Source: Acidobacteriota bacterium
Lineage (GTDB): Bacteria; Acidobacteriota; UBA6911; RPQK01; CBDDCF01
NCBI GenBank assembly: GCA_965225995.1
Contig: CBDDCF010000026.1
Span: 106,172 to 170,171 of the forward strand
Length of the DNA stretch: 64,000 nucleotides
Reading direction: 5' to 3'
Part shown: in pieces, positions 52,080 through 61,724 of the stretch
Layout: each line of letters opens with the position of its first letter
Position numbering within the stretch: position 1 is the first letter of the stretch
Translations under genes and position numbers: made by a program
Notes under the pieces: generated by a model
What the model was told of the DNA's origin: nothing
What the model saw: the letters and a program-made list of their open reading frames with translations, nothing else
Databases searched by the model: none

Positions 52080-54728
52080 ATGAAGCGGCTCGAGTTGTTG
52101 TGCCTGACAGCGGTCCTCTTAACCGGCTTTGCAAGTGCTCAGCGTGACCGGCCCCAACGGCGCGGGATTCCGGCGTATTACCAGGCTTTGGAGGCCATCG
52201 AAGATGAAGGTACACGAGGCCGGGTGGTTCTGCGCAACGGTTTGCGAGTGCTAGTTGATGAGTACTCGATTCGCCCGTTGGTGGCGGTCGTCAGCATTTT
52301 CCAGGTGGGAAGAGCCCAGGAGACCCCGACCGAATCAGGGTGGGCCGTGGAGGTGGGTCGGCGCCTCTGGTTGGCCGGAGATCTCAACCGACAGATGCAG
52401 GAACTGGGGGGCTGGAACGAACTTGATCCCGGACTCTACGACACTGCATTCATTTCTACCGTGCCAGCCGAGAACGTACTGGGAGCTCTAGGGCTGCATC
52501 ATCAAATCCTGGCCAAGAAGCTGGACCCAATCAATCCAGCCCAGCCGAAAACCTCCAGTGAGGGGGCTGCGCTACTCGAGAAGCGTCTATGGGAGCAGGC
52601 TTTCGGAGCCGCTGTTTCGGGAAAGTCCGTCCTCCCCAGTCTTGAGAAACTCGAGGCATTCCGTCAGAAGCACTTCCATGTGGGCAATCTGGTATTGGGG
52701 CTTTCCGGCAATATACTTCGAACTCGAATCTATGAGCGAGTTGTGGGTCTGTATGGCCGGCTCAAGGCAGGAACCAACACCGGCCGTCCAGCTTCGACGG
52801 TTCAGCTCGGGAAGACTCTTTCTTACCTTCATTTGCGTGGGAAGGGATCGTCTGAACGATTGTTGATGGGATTTCGTGTGCCTGCGCGCGGGCACCCCGA
52901 CTCGGCGGCTCTCGAGATGATCGAAGCCCTGCTCACCGCGGGAAGGGGGTCGTTGCTGCAACGGACCCAGGTGGCCACTGGCTATAGTGCTCGGGCTTCG
53001 GCCCGCCTGCGTCAAGAGCGGCAGGGCCGTCTTCTGCTGGTTTCCCTTGCACCGCGAGAAGGAAAGATTGACTCGGCCGAGATCGGGATCTTGAGCTTGC
53101 TCGACGTGTTGGCTCGGCAAGGGCCACCTCAAGCCGATCTGGTGCGAGCACGCTCCCAGCTGATCCGCGCCTACTTCGAGGGGCTCCAACAGGTGAAAGA
53201 GCGGGCTCTCGGCATGTCACGCGCCGAACTAGCCGGGAAACACACGGACTTCTGGGAACGGCCCAGCAGACTGGCCTCGATTGGAAACGATCAGATCAAG
53301 TCGGTGGCATCCCGCTACTTTGCGCAGTCCAATCTGATTCTGGTGGAGCACTTCCCCGATTCAGGCGAGATTCGTAATTTCGACGTGGCCACTCTTCGGC
53401 AGACCTTTCAGTTGCTCGTGGCGCCGGAGCGGGACAAATTGGCGAAAGAACTAGCCGCCACTCCACAAGTTGAATCTCAGGATCTCGCTTTCAAGGATTT
53501 CAAACCCAGCCTGCTCGATCCCCCTCTGAAGCGAACTTCGGTACTACGCGGCCCCGATATCTACCTGGAAGAGGAACATACGGTGCCCCTGGTCTCGGCC
53601 GGCTTCTATTTTCCGGGAGGCCGTGCGGAAGAGACGGAGCAGATCGAAGGGATAACAGAGCTGATGCTTAGGGAACTGCTGGCGGGAGTCGAGAGACGCT
53701 ACGGTATAGCAGTCTGGATGCCGTTCGAATCGCGGGGCGCCCGCTTCGAGCTTGTGAATGAGCCCGAGTACTTCGGCATTCAGGTAACTGTCCTGGCCGA
53801 TGCCTTTGCGCCTTTGCTGAAGAATCTCGTCGGCTGGTTTCAGCACCCCGAGATCGATGCCGAAGACTTCGAGCAGGTGCGGGCCGAAGTAATGGCTCTT
53901 AATGATCAGATGATGGCTGATCCTGCCTCGCGGGCCGACCTGACAATCCGTTCTCAACTATTCAAAGATCATCCCTACGGTCGAAATCGTCTGGGCTCGT
54001 TGACCAGCTTGGCCCGACTGACTGCCGGAGATGTTCAGAACTGGGCCCTTCGCCAGCTCTCAGGTTTCCACCCCTTCATCGTGATCCGAGGGCATGTCAA
54101 CGGCACTTCATTTTTGCCTCCTCTGATTCCGGTCCTGAGTAACTCCAAGATGAAGATCAAACAGGGGCCCGCGATCTCGGAAGTGGAAGGAGAGCCCTTT
54201 CAGGCAGCCGCCGACGGCACTGGATTGATAGTGGGATTTCGGGGACCCAAACGGGGCTCATTCGATGAGTGGGCAATGGATGTGATGGAGAGCCTGATCG
54301 AACTACGGGACGGCGTGATTCCCGCGGATGCCAGTCTCAAGCAACTGACGGACCCCGTCAGCCTCCGACATGTGGACTTCTTCAACGAAGGAGTGGTGTC
54401 GGTCACGTCCGAGCATCAGAATCCGGACGTGGGAGATGAGGTTCAGATCAAATTGATCAAGCTGCTCACCGAATTAGAACGTGCGCCGTTGCGCGATCAA
54501 GAGGTTCTTCGTTCCATTGTCCTCACAATTACGCGATTCCATGCCTCTCAGGAGGATAGCGCCTCGCTCCTGAAGGACTTGGCTCACAATCTGCTCGCCG
54601 GGGAAAAGGTAGGATACCGGGATGAGTATTTGGCCACGATCAAAGGGTTGCAAGTGGCCGACTTGAGGTCACTGGCCGGCCGTATCTTCAGCGTCGCCGC
54701 AAGACCTGCAACAAAGGACTCCCCCTAA
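52080..54728 (+). CDS. M16 (pitrilysin/insulinase)-family peptidase-like protein, two tandem M16 halves, secreted
   Basis: 882 aa. Signal peptide. M16-like fold pattern repeated twice. No canonical HxxEH motif was found by eye, so it is possibly non-catalytic. Confidence 0.5.
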   Translation: MKRLELLCLTAVLLTGFASAQRDRPQRRGIPAYYQALEAIEDEGTRGRVVLRNGLRVLVDEYSIRPLVAVVSIFQVGRAQETPTESGWAVEVGRRLWLAGDLNRQMQELGGWNELDPGLYDTAFISTVPAENVLGALGLHHQILAKKLDPINPAQPKTSSEGAALLEKRLWEQAFGAAVSGKSVLPSLEKLEAFRQKHFHVGNLVLGLSGNILRTRIYERVVGLYGRLKAGTNTGRPASTVQLGKTLSYLHLRGKGSSERLLMGFRVPARGHPDSAALEMIEALLTAGRGSLLQRTQVATGYSARASARLRQERQGRLLLVSLAPREGKIDSAEIGILSLLDVLARQGPPQADLVRARSQLIRAYFEGLQQVKERALGMSRAELAGKHTDFWERPSRLASIGNDQIKSVASRYFAQSNLILVEHFPDSGEIRNFDVATLRQTFQLLVAPERDKLAKELAATPQVESQDLAFKDFKPSLLDPPLKRTSVLRGPDIYLEEEHTVPLVSAGFYFPGGRAEETEQIEGITELMLRELLAGVERRYGIAVWMPFESRGARFELVNEPEYFGIQVTVLADAFAPLLKNLVGWFQHPEIDAEDFEQVRAEVMALNDQMMADPASRADLTIRSQLFKDHPYGRNRLGSLTSLARLTAGDVQNWALRQLSGFHPFIVIRGHVNGTSFLPPLIPVLSNSKMKIKQGPAISEVEGEPFQAAADGTGLIVGFRGPKRGSFDEWAMDVMESLIELRDGVIPADASLKQLTDPVSLRHVDFFNEGVVSVTSEHQNPDVGDEVQIKLIKLLTELERAPLRDQEVLRSIVLTITRFHASQEDSASLLKDLAHNLLAGEKVGYRDEYLATIKGLQVADLRSLAGRIFSVAARPATKDSP

Positions 54729-54730
54729 CT

Positions 54731-55798
54731 ATGGATTCTCTGAAAGCCGTCATCATGGCCGGGGGCCAAGGGATTCGCTTCTGGCCCTTGAGCCGCCGCA
54801 GTCGACCCAAACAGTTTCTGAATGTCATGGGCCGGCGAACGTTGTTACAGGAGACGATCGCGCGACTGGATCCGCTCTTGAGGAGTCGGGATATCTTCGT
54901 CTGTTGCGGAACCGAGTACCAGAGAAATGTCTCAGAGCAGCTACCGGGGTTATCCTCGAAGAATCTTATCCTGGAACCCATGGCGAGAAGCACCGCCCCC
55001 TGTATCGCGCTGGCAGCAGCTCAGCTCCAGGAGAGCTTTGGAGATGTTTTGATGGCGGCGCTGCCGGCCGACCACGTCATCACCCGTCAAGAGGAATTCC
55101 ATCAGGCTCTGGAGGCTGCGACAGAGCTTGCCGAGCAGGGGTGGCTGGTGACAATCGGGATTCAACCTACAGCTCCGACTACAGGGTATGGGTATATCGG
55201 ACAGGGGGACAAGATCGGGCGGTTTGCCGGTTTCTCGGCCCGGCAAGTCGTGGAGTTCGTCGAGAAGCCGTCCTTGGAGCAGGCAACCGCCCTGGTGACG
55301 GAAGGGCACCACCTTTGGAACAGCGGCATTTTTGTGTGGAAGACGAGCGTGATCCTCGAGAATATCGAGCGATTGTTGCCCGAGTTGTCCGATCTTCTCA
55401 AGGACTTCGCAGGCCGCTGGGACGATCAGGAGCGGCTGGCTGAGGGTTTTTCTCGATTGGAGTCGATTTCGATCGATCACGGCGTAATGGAGCGGGCTGA
55501 GCGGGTGGCCGTTCTCCCGTGCGCTCTGGGTTGGAGTGATGTCGGCAATTGGCAGGCACTGGGGCAGCTCTTGCCCCGGGACGAATCCGGGAATGCTTCG
55601 AGTGGTTTGCTCGTCAAGAGTGACGCTTCCGACTGCGTGGTCCATAGTGGCCAGAAACTAGTCGCCTTGCTGGGTGTCAACGGACTGATCGTGGTCGATA
55701 CGCCCGATGTTCTGCTGATCTGCGAGGCGAATCGGGCCGAAGAAGTAAGATCGATCGTGGAGACCCTGCGGAAAGAGAATCAGGAGGAGTTTCTCTAG
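54731..55798 (+). CDS. manC: mannose-1-phosphate guanylyltransferase (GDP-mannose pyrophosphorylase)
   Basis: AVIMAGGQGIRFWPLSRRSRPKQFL nucleotidyltransferase motif. 355 aa. Confidence 0.8.
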   Translation: MDSLKAVIMAGGQGIRFWPLSRRSRPKQFLNVMGRRTLLQETIARLDPLLRSRDIFVCCGTEYQRNVSEQLPGLSSKNLILEPMARSTAPCIALAAAQLQESFGDVLMAALPADHVITRQEEFHQALEAATELAEQGWLVTIGIQPTAPTTGYGYIGQGDKIGRFAGFSARQVVEFVEKPSLEQATALVTEGHHLWNSGIFVWKTSVILENIERLLPELSDLLKDFAGRWDDQERLAEGFSRLESISIDHGVMERAERVAVLPCALGWSDVGNWQALGQLLPRDESGNASSGLLVKSDASDCVVHSGQKLVALLGVNGLIVVDTPDVLLICEANRAEEVRSIVETLRKENQEEFL

Positions 55799-56532
55799 CA
55801 GACCAGTTCTCTCAGTTGTTTCGAGCCGGTGCGGCTGGCGATTACACTGGTTCCATTGCGCAGGTGCAGAAGCAATCGTCGTTGATCGTAGGGTTCCATC
55901 GATACGATGTGGTCCATATTGACGATGTTGGACCGATGGATGCGCAGAAAATGGGCCGGATCCAGTCGTTCCTCCAATTTGGCTAACGAGATTCTGAGAA
56001 GGTAAGTGGTTGCCCCGGTTCGTAGTTCCACGTAGTCATCACAGGCATCGATACAGCTCACATCGCTGAGCTGGATAGGGATGATTCGATCTCCTTTTCG
56101 GGCGAAGAGTCGTTGAGTTGGTCCCTTGCCCAGGACTTCTTGAATCCTTTGTCCAACCGCCTCTCCTCCTTCTCTCTGCAACGTCTGGCGGACGCGTTCC
56201 AGAGTGTGCCGAAAGCGACGTTTTCCGAAGGGTTTGACCAGGTAGTCAAGAGCGCCTATTTCGAATGCGGTGACTGCGTAGTGATCGTAGGCAGTCGTAA
56301 AGACCACCACCGGCCGATGTCGAATCTGTTCCAACACCTGCAAACCGGAGAGCTCGGGCATTTGTACATCGAGAAACAGCAGGTCAGGTCGGAGTCTGTC
56401 GATGGTCTCGACCGCGGCCCGCCCATCGGCCACTTCTCCGATCACGCTCAGCCATTCGATCTCTTCCGCGAAATCCCTCAGGGTGCTACTTGCCAGTGGC
56501 TCGTCTTCAGCGATGACGGCACGAATCTTCAT
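55795..56532 (-). CDS. LytTR-family two-component response regulator
   Basis: REC domain (IAEDEPLA...LFLDVQMP) plus C-terminal LytTR DNA-binding domain. Probable start ATG 56532. Confidence 0.8.
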   Translation of the reverse strand: MKIRAVIAEDEPLASSTLRDFAEEIEWLSVIGEVADGRAAVETIDRLRPDLLFLDVQMPELSGLQVLEQIRHRPVVVFTTAYDHYAVTAFEIGALDYLVKPFGKRRFRHTLERVRQTLQREGGEAVGQRIQEVLGKGPTQRLFARKGDRIIPIQLSDVSCIDACDDYVELRTGATTYLLRISLAKLEERLDPAHFLRIHRSNIVNMDHIVSMEPYDQRRLLLHLRNGTSVIASRTGSKQLRELVC

Positions 56533-56548
56533 GTTCGATTCCTCTTTG

Positions 56549-57363
56549 TTACCCGGGCAGGCTGGATCCCGGTGGATTGACCGGCACATCGATGCGGGCT
56601 GTGAATCCCTGATTGGGGCTGCAGTCGATCCAGAGCCGGCCCGAATCTCCATAGACAGTCTCCAGACGCTGTCGAACTAGTTTCAACCCCAGCCCGGCCG
56701 GGGATTCGAGTGTCGCGGGGTTGCAGCCAAGCCCATCGTCACGCACCAGCAGCTCCAGGCGTGGGCCGACCCGGCGGGCTCTGACCAGCAACTGGGAACT
56801 CGCCGCCTGGGGAGCGATTCCATGCCGGATCGAGTTCTCGACCAGAGGTTGGAGGCAGTAAGCGGGAACCCGGCAGGAGAGAGCTTCCGGCTCGGTTTCC
56901 AACTGGAACTCCAAACGATCTCCAATCCGCAACTTCTCCAGCGCCAGATAATTTCCAACGAACTCCCACTCCTCGGCCAATCGCACCAGATCTCGCTGCT
57001 GCTGATCCGCACCCACCGCATAGCGCACGAGATCTCCGAACTGTTCGATCGCCACCTCGGCAGCATCCTGATCATTGCGAACCAGAGCGAGGAGAGAATG
57101 CAGCGTGTTGAAGAGAAAGTGCGGTTGCATCTGGGCCCGCAGGGCTCGGAGTTCGGCTTGAGTGCGGAGGGTTTCCGCTCGGGCTACGCGGGCTTCTTCT
57201 GCTCGCAGGCGGGGGACAGTTTCGAAGACATAGCCAACGCTGGCAACCGTCGAATAGAGCATCAGCCCCATCAGGAACTGCCAGGGTAGGAGCTCCCAAT
57301 CTTCGGCCCGGATGGGAGGGCCTCCTTCCAGCACGCGCAGAAGCGCGAATAGACTGAAGCTGG
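56549..57363 (-). pseudogene. LytS/YehU-type sensor histidine kinase, 3' (cytoplasmic) portion; gene split by IS1380 copy 2
   Basis: His_kinase (HFLFNTLHSLLALV) and HATPase_c domains. The reading frame stays open upstream of GTG 57334, straight into the IS terminal repeat at 57364. The N-terminal TM fragment lies at 59018..59288 on the same strand. Confidence 0.7.
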
Positions 57364-59017
57364 CTAGCCCGGATTATGCAAGAGATCCGGATTCGAGTGG
57401 ATTGGGGATCAGAAAAAATGCCGTAGCTCTCTGATATAAAAGGGTTTATTAAACAAATCCTTATCGGAGAACTACGGCAATGTCAAACCCAGTCTGTCAG
57501 ACCACCCTGGCATTTCACTCGCACACACAAATCACGGCTCGTTTTGATGGTGGGAACCTGACTTCCGATGCCGGATGGCTGTTGTTTGGTTCCCTGGATC
57601 GGCAAGATCGACTCTGCGAGGACTTCAGTTCGTGTATTGCGGATAGCCGGGACCAACGCTACGTTCGTCATGAGCAGTTAAAGCTGATCCGACAACGAGT
57701 CTTTCAGATCGTTGCCGGGTACGAAGACTGCAATGACGCGGACACGCTGCGCTCGGATCCCATGCTCAAGACCGTCTGTGATCAGTTACCTGAGAGCGAT
57801 CCTGACTTGGCCACCCAGGCAACTTTTTCCCGTTTGGAAAACTCTGTCAGCAAGAAGGATCTCATGCGTCTGAGCCGGGGGTTCCTACAGCGTTATGTCC
57901 GCTCGCTGAAGAAGAGACGCCCCGACCCGGTCATCTTGGACCTGGACAGTACTGACGACCACACTCACGGCCAACAGGAATTCTCTTTTTACCACGGCTA
58001 TTACCGAAACCACATTCTGCATCCTTGGCTGATCTTCGATGCCGTTACGGGGGACCTGGTCACTGTCGTATTGAGGCCTGGAAACAAGGGGGCTGCCTCT
58101 CACATCGTTCCTATTCTGAAACGAATCGTGAAAGCCATTCGACGAGAAGTTGGCAAGGAACTTCAAATTGAGATCCGGGCCGACAGCGGCTTTGCCACGC
58201 CTCGGCTCTACGAGTTCTGTGAATCTGAAGAGAACAAACTCCAATATGTCATTGGGTTAAGCCGGAACCCCCGCCTGCAACGGATGGTCGAGCCGATGCT
58301 CGAGTCGACTCGACTCAGGTTCGACGAGTTCGAGGAAAAACAGCGTCAGTTTGACGAGTTTCTTTATCGAGCCGGCAGCTGGGATCGATTCCGTCGCGTC
58401 ATCGTCAAAGTGGAAGTCGACCATCGGGGGATCAATCGTCGCTTTGTGGTCACCAACCGAGACGATCTCTCTTCCCAGTCCCTTTATGATCACTACACCG
58501 ATCGAGGACAGTCGGAGAACTTCATCAAGGCTTTTAAGAACCATCTGAGTATGGATCGGCTGAGCTGTCATCGATTCCTGGCCAACCAGTTTCGACTTCT
58601 CCTGCATGGGCTGGCTTACCAGATGTTCGTCCGACTCCGCGATTATCTGTATGGAACCCCCTGGCAGAAACTCGAAATCGAAACTTTGCGTCGCCGGGTC
58701 CTCAAAATTGGGGCGCGGGTTCGACAAACCACTCGACGCATCTGGGCCCATCTTTCCTCCGGCTTTCCGGAGCAGGCCCTTTTCCTCCTCGTCTTGAATC
58801 GCCTTAACTCCAGCTAGCCTCTCCTAGCTCCCGAATGATCGTTTAGGACACTCATTCAGGCCCAACTCCGTCTGAAATTCACTCCCCCACCTACTCCACA
58901 CGGCTCGTCCACAGAGATCCCTCGAAAATCCGCCTGTCGCACTTTCGATCTCCCGATTTGGGCCACTTTCGACTCTCTTTTCAACTCCGGCCTACGGTTC
59001 TTGCATAATCCGGGCTA
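57364..59017 (+). mobile_element. IS1380-family insertion sequence, copy 2 (transposase 57480..58817), inverted relative to copy 1
   Basis: 1654 bp. Same 20-bp TIRs. The transposase differs from copy 1 at 2 aa. Inserted within the sensor kinase gene. Confidence 0.8.
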
Positions 59018-59288
59018 GGGTGCTCAAACCGGCGAAAGCAGAAGCTGCAATCACATGAACTACTCCGAACCACAGGCGCTGGCTTCCCGACCAGGGTAGT
59101 GTGCGGCATAAGGCAAGCACCGCCAGACCGAGCACAGCCTCAGGCACGACGTTGGCAATAGCGATTACGACAGAGAAGAAGGAGCGAACATCGGTCGACA
59201 TTAGAGCCAGCCAGTAAAGTGCGGCGTAGAAGGTCCAACTGGCGATGTAGATGGTCCAGAATCGAGGGGAACCTTGTGTACTTTTCAT
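59018..59288 (-). pseudogene. N-terminal membrane (5TM-type) fragment of the IS-disrupted sensor histidine kinase
   Basis: MKSTQGSPRFWTIYIASWTFYAALYWLALMS...VIAIANVVPEAVLGLAVLAL... is hydrophobic. The ORF runs into the IS TIR. Confidence 0.5.
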
Positions 59289-59387
59289 AACGCTTCCTGC
59301 CGCGAGGGCCGGCGGACCTTACCGCCTGAGTCAAGCATAGAAAAAGTGGAGCGTCAGGGCTAGCCGGAATCCGTTCAACGGGCCAGA

Positions 59388-59470
59388 CACCTGTCCCTTG
59401 CAACTTGCGTACAGTCGGGGATCAAGTTTCTGAAACTGCGAACTGACTGCCGTTTGGCCTCGTTGTCGCA
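59388..59470. other. conserved ~80-nt structured intergenic element, copy 2
   Basis: cccttgcaacttgcgtacagtcggggatcaagtttctgaaactgcgaactgactgccgtttggcctcg. See copy 1 at 29574-29650. Confidence 0.5.
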
Positions 59471-59511
59471 AGACCCGTTCGCAATTGGCACGTTATTGCG
59501 GAATCGCTCGT

Positions 59512-60267
59512 CTAGATTCCCACCAGATTCAACTGCTGTTTCTTGAAACCTCGCTCAACCGCCCAAACATCGAGGACCAGTCCTGCAATTTCATCGGCGT
59601 CGGCCACGGCCGCTACTTCCTCTTCCAGATCGATCAAGTGTAAATAGCGACCGCAAGCGTTGCAGCACTGTAAGCTCCGGGCTGGGAATTCTTCGGCCGA
59701 ATAGTAGACCAGCACCTTACGCCGTTCTTTACCACAGAACGTACAAGCGTTTCTGGGGCTCTCCCACTCGTGCAAACAGAGGGCACAGACGAGAGAAAGA
59801 GCCCGTCCATGGCCTATTCCTCTCAATAGCCCCACCTGAGGAGCGTGGGAACAGCGGGGACAGGCCTGGGGTCGGTCTGCACCCGCTCTTCCGATCTTTT
59901 CTTTTTTTCCCAGAGAGTGCCGATAAGCGAATGGCTGCAACAGAATTCGGGCCGGCAGACAGTCCGGCCCGTCTGTCTCTTGCCGCTCCCAGTAACGGGC
60001 CAGAAGCTGTTCGAAGCGATCGGATGCTAGGCCTCTGAGAGCCGTTTTCATCTTGTCGGTGCCGACTCTTCGGATCAGTGTACAAACCGAGGGTAGGAGC
60101 TCAGGCAAGCCAGCCCAAGCGATCTCAACGGGTACCGAGTTCGCTTGAAATTCAGCCACATGGCCGAAGAAGAGAAGTGCTTCTCGGGCCGCTTCGAACT
60201 GAGCAGCCAGTTCGCGAGCGCGCGCTGCACGCGACCAGCTCAGTTCCCGGAACGATCGCGATACCAT
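59512..60267 (-). CDS. fdhE: formate dehydrogenase accessory protein FdhE
   Basis: Four CxxC pairs (CPRC, CALC, CTFC, CNAC). N-terminal RARELAAQFEAAREAL matches the FdhE helical region. The start is uncertain: ORF extends to 60456, and ATG 60267 gives 251 aa. Confidence 0.65.
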   Translation of the reverse strand: MVSRSFRELSWSRAARARELAAQFEAAREALLFFGHVAEFQANSVPVEIAWAGLPELLPSVCTLIRRVGTDKMKTALRGLASDRFEQLLARYWERQETDGPDCLPARILLQPFAYRHSLGKKEKIGRAGADRPQACPRCSHAPQVGLLRGIGHGRALSLVCALCLHEWESPRNACTFCGKERRKVLVYYSAEEFPARSLQCCNACGRYLHLIDLEEEVAAVADADEIAGLVLDVWAVERGFKKQQLNLVGI

Positions 60268-60860
60268 CGGTAGTGATGAGACTTCGCCCAACTCCTTGAT
60301 ACTTTGCCGTGAAGCATGGCCCGCAGGGCTCCGGGCACAGCTAGTGTACCCATGTAGATGTGCACGATAATCAGGAAAATAGATGCGATCGAGGCAATCG
60401 GGTGAACTAGAATTGCCACCAGTCTCAAGCCTTGAGAGGTTGACTCCGGAAACCACAGAACCAGTCCGCTGGCCAGGAGTAGCAAACAGCTAACGGCCTG
60501 CAGCCAGAACAACATCTTTTGTCCGGCATTGAAACGGCCGGCCGCCGCCAAACCTCCCTCTTGATTCATAGCGTACTGATGCGACCGGGCCAGCCACTGG
60601 CGGTCCTGCCGATCGATCCGCATCTGCCCGGCCCAACGCCGGAACACTTCACTCAGAATCAGCGCAAAAAAAACGCCCCCCCAGGGATGCCAGGCTCGAA
60701 CCATAGTCCCTCCACCCAGGAGGGCCGCCCGCCCAAAAAAACCGGGCGTCCAAAGTGCCACACCACTGATGGCGGCATACAAGAATCCAGCTGCCGTCAA
60801 CCAGTGGAGCATTCTCTCAACAAAACTGAAGCGTTCGATCTCACCCGGACTGGGCTCACT
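60240..60860 (-). CDS. fdnI: formate dehydrogenase-N/O gamma subunit (cytochrome b556, FdnI/FdoI)
   Basis: FNAGQK, HxxxxxH heme ligand spacing, C-terminal GKVSRSWAKSHHYRWYRD as in E. coli FdnI. The first ATG is at 60812. The upstream in-frame sequence IERFSFVER-MLHW matches the FdnI/FdoI N-terminal pattern I.R....ER..HW but contains no ATG/GTG/TTG, so the start is unresolved. Confidence 0.7.
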   Translation of the reverse strand, partial: SEPSPGEIERFSFVERMLHWLTAAGFLYAAISGVALWTPGFFGRAALLGGGTMVRAWHPWGGVFFALILSEVFRRWAGQMRIDRQDRQWLARSHQYAMNQEGGLAAAGRFNAGQKMLFWLQAVSCLLLLASGLVLWFPESTSQGLRLVAILVHPIASIASIFLIIVHIYMGTLAVPGALRAMLHGKVSRSWAKSHHYRWYRDRSGN

Positions 60861-60929
60861 CGGCTTAGACTGCCCTGAATCGTTTACGGTGGGAATTGGC
60901 TCTCTGACCCCCTGGACCCTTCCCCCATG

Positions 60930-61724
60930 TCAGTCTTCTTCATGATCTTGCTTGGGACCGAAATAAAGGAAGTGGAAAAAGGTACCGAACAAACCACCCA
61001 GCAACAGCAGATTCCCCAGCCACTTGACGGGCCCTTGCCACAAAGCCACACTCCAATGAATCTGAGGGTCGGCGGGCAAACCGTAGAGCTCCGGCTGATC
61101 CGCCTCCTTCAGTACATAGACCACGTTGGTTCCTCCCACCCCAGGCGGATTGTAGACGCCCGCCCGAGCAAAACCATCTTCCTGAAGATCAGCCGCCCGG
61201 CGTTCGGCCTTTTGAAGCAGGTCTTCTCGAGTTCCAAAAGTGAGACAGCTGGTGGGACAAGCCTTGATGCAAGCCGGTTCGAGCCCCACCTCGACGCGAT
61301 CCGAGCACAGGGTGCACTTGAAAACCTTTTGATCGACTGGACTCCGCCTCGGGACGTCAAACGGACAGGCGGTTATGCAATAGCCACAACCGATGCACTT
61401 CTCCTGCTCGAAGTCGACGATCCCGTTGCTTCGAGTAAAGATGGCCCCGGGTGCCGGACAAGCCTTTAGACACCCTGGATCGGCACAATGCATGCACTGG
61501 TACTTGGCCATGGTCCAGGAGAAGTCGCTACCTCGCTCGACCTCATTGAACTGAATCACATTCCAGAAGTCATACTCCACCCCAGGGCGGGTCTGATAGG
61601 TTCCCTGGAATTCCATGGGAGTAAAGCCGTGATCATTCCATTCTTGGCAAGCGATCTCGCAGGCCTTGCACCCAATACAGGTGCTGGTGTCGATCAGTTT
61701 GGCGACGACAGGAGTTTCGCTCAT
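60930..61724 (-). CDS. fdnH: formate dehydrogenase iron-sulfur (beta) subunit FdnH/FdoH
   Basis: Four ferredoxin-type Cys clusters (CIGCKAC...C, CMHC..C..C, CIGCGYC..C, C..C..C) and a C-terminal TM anchor. Confidence 0.85.
   Translation of the reverse strand: MSETPVVAKLIDTSTCIGCKACEIACQEWNDHGFTPMEFQGTYQTRPGVEYDFWNVIQFNEVERGSDFSWTMAKYQCMHCADPGCLKACPAPGAIFTRSNGIVDFEQEKCIGCGYCITACPFDVPRRSPVDQKVFKCTLCSDRVEVGLEPACIKACPTSCLTFGTREDLLQKAERRAADLQEDGFARAGVYNPPGVGGTNVVYVLKEADQPELYGLPADPQIHWSVALWQGPVKWLGNLLLLGGLFGTFFHFLYFGPKQDHEED

Noticed and set aside
49186-59017. Classifying the IS1380-bracketed segment as a bona fide composite transposon
   Set aside because: No matching target-site duplication could be found at either the outer or inner flanks. 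One copy is a simple insertion into the HK gene. The two copies may be independent insertions.
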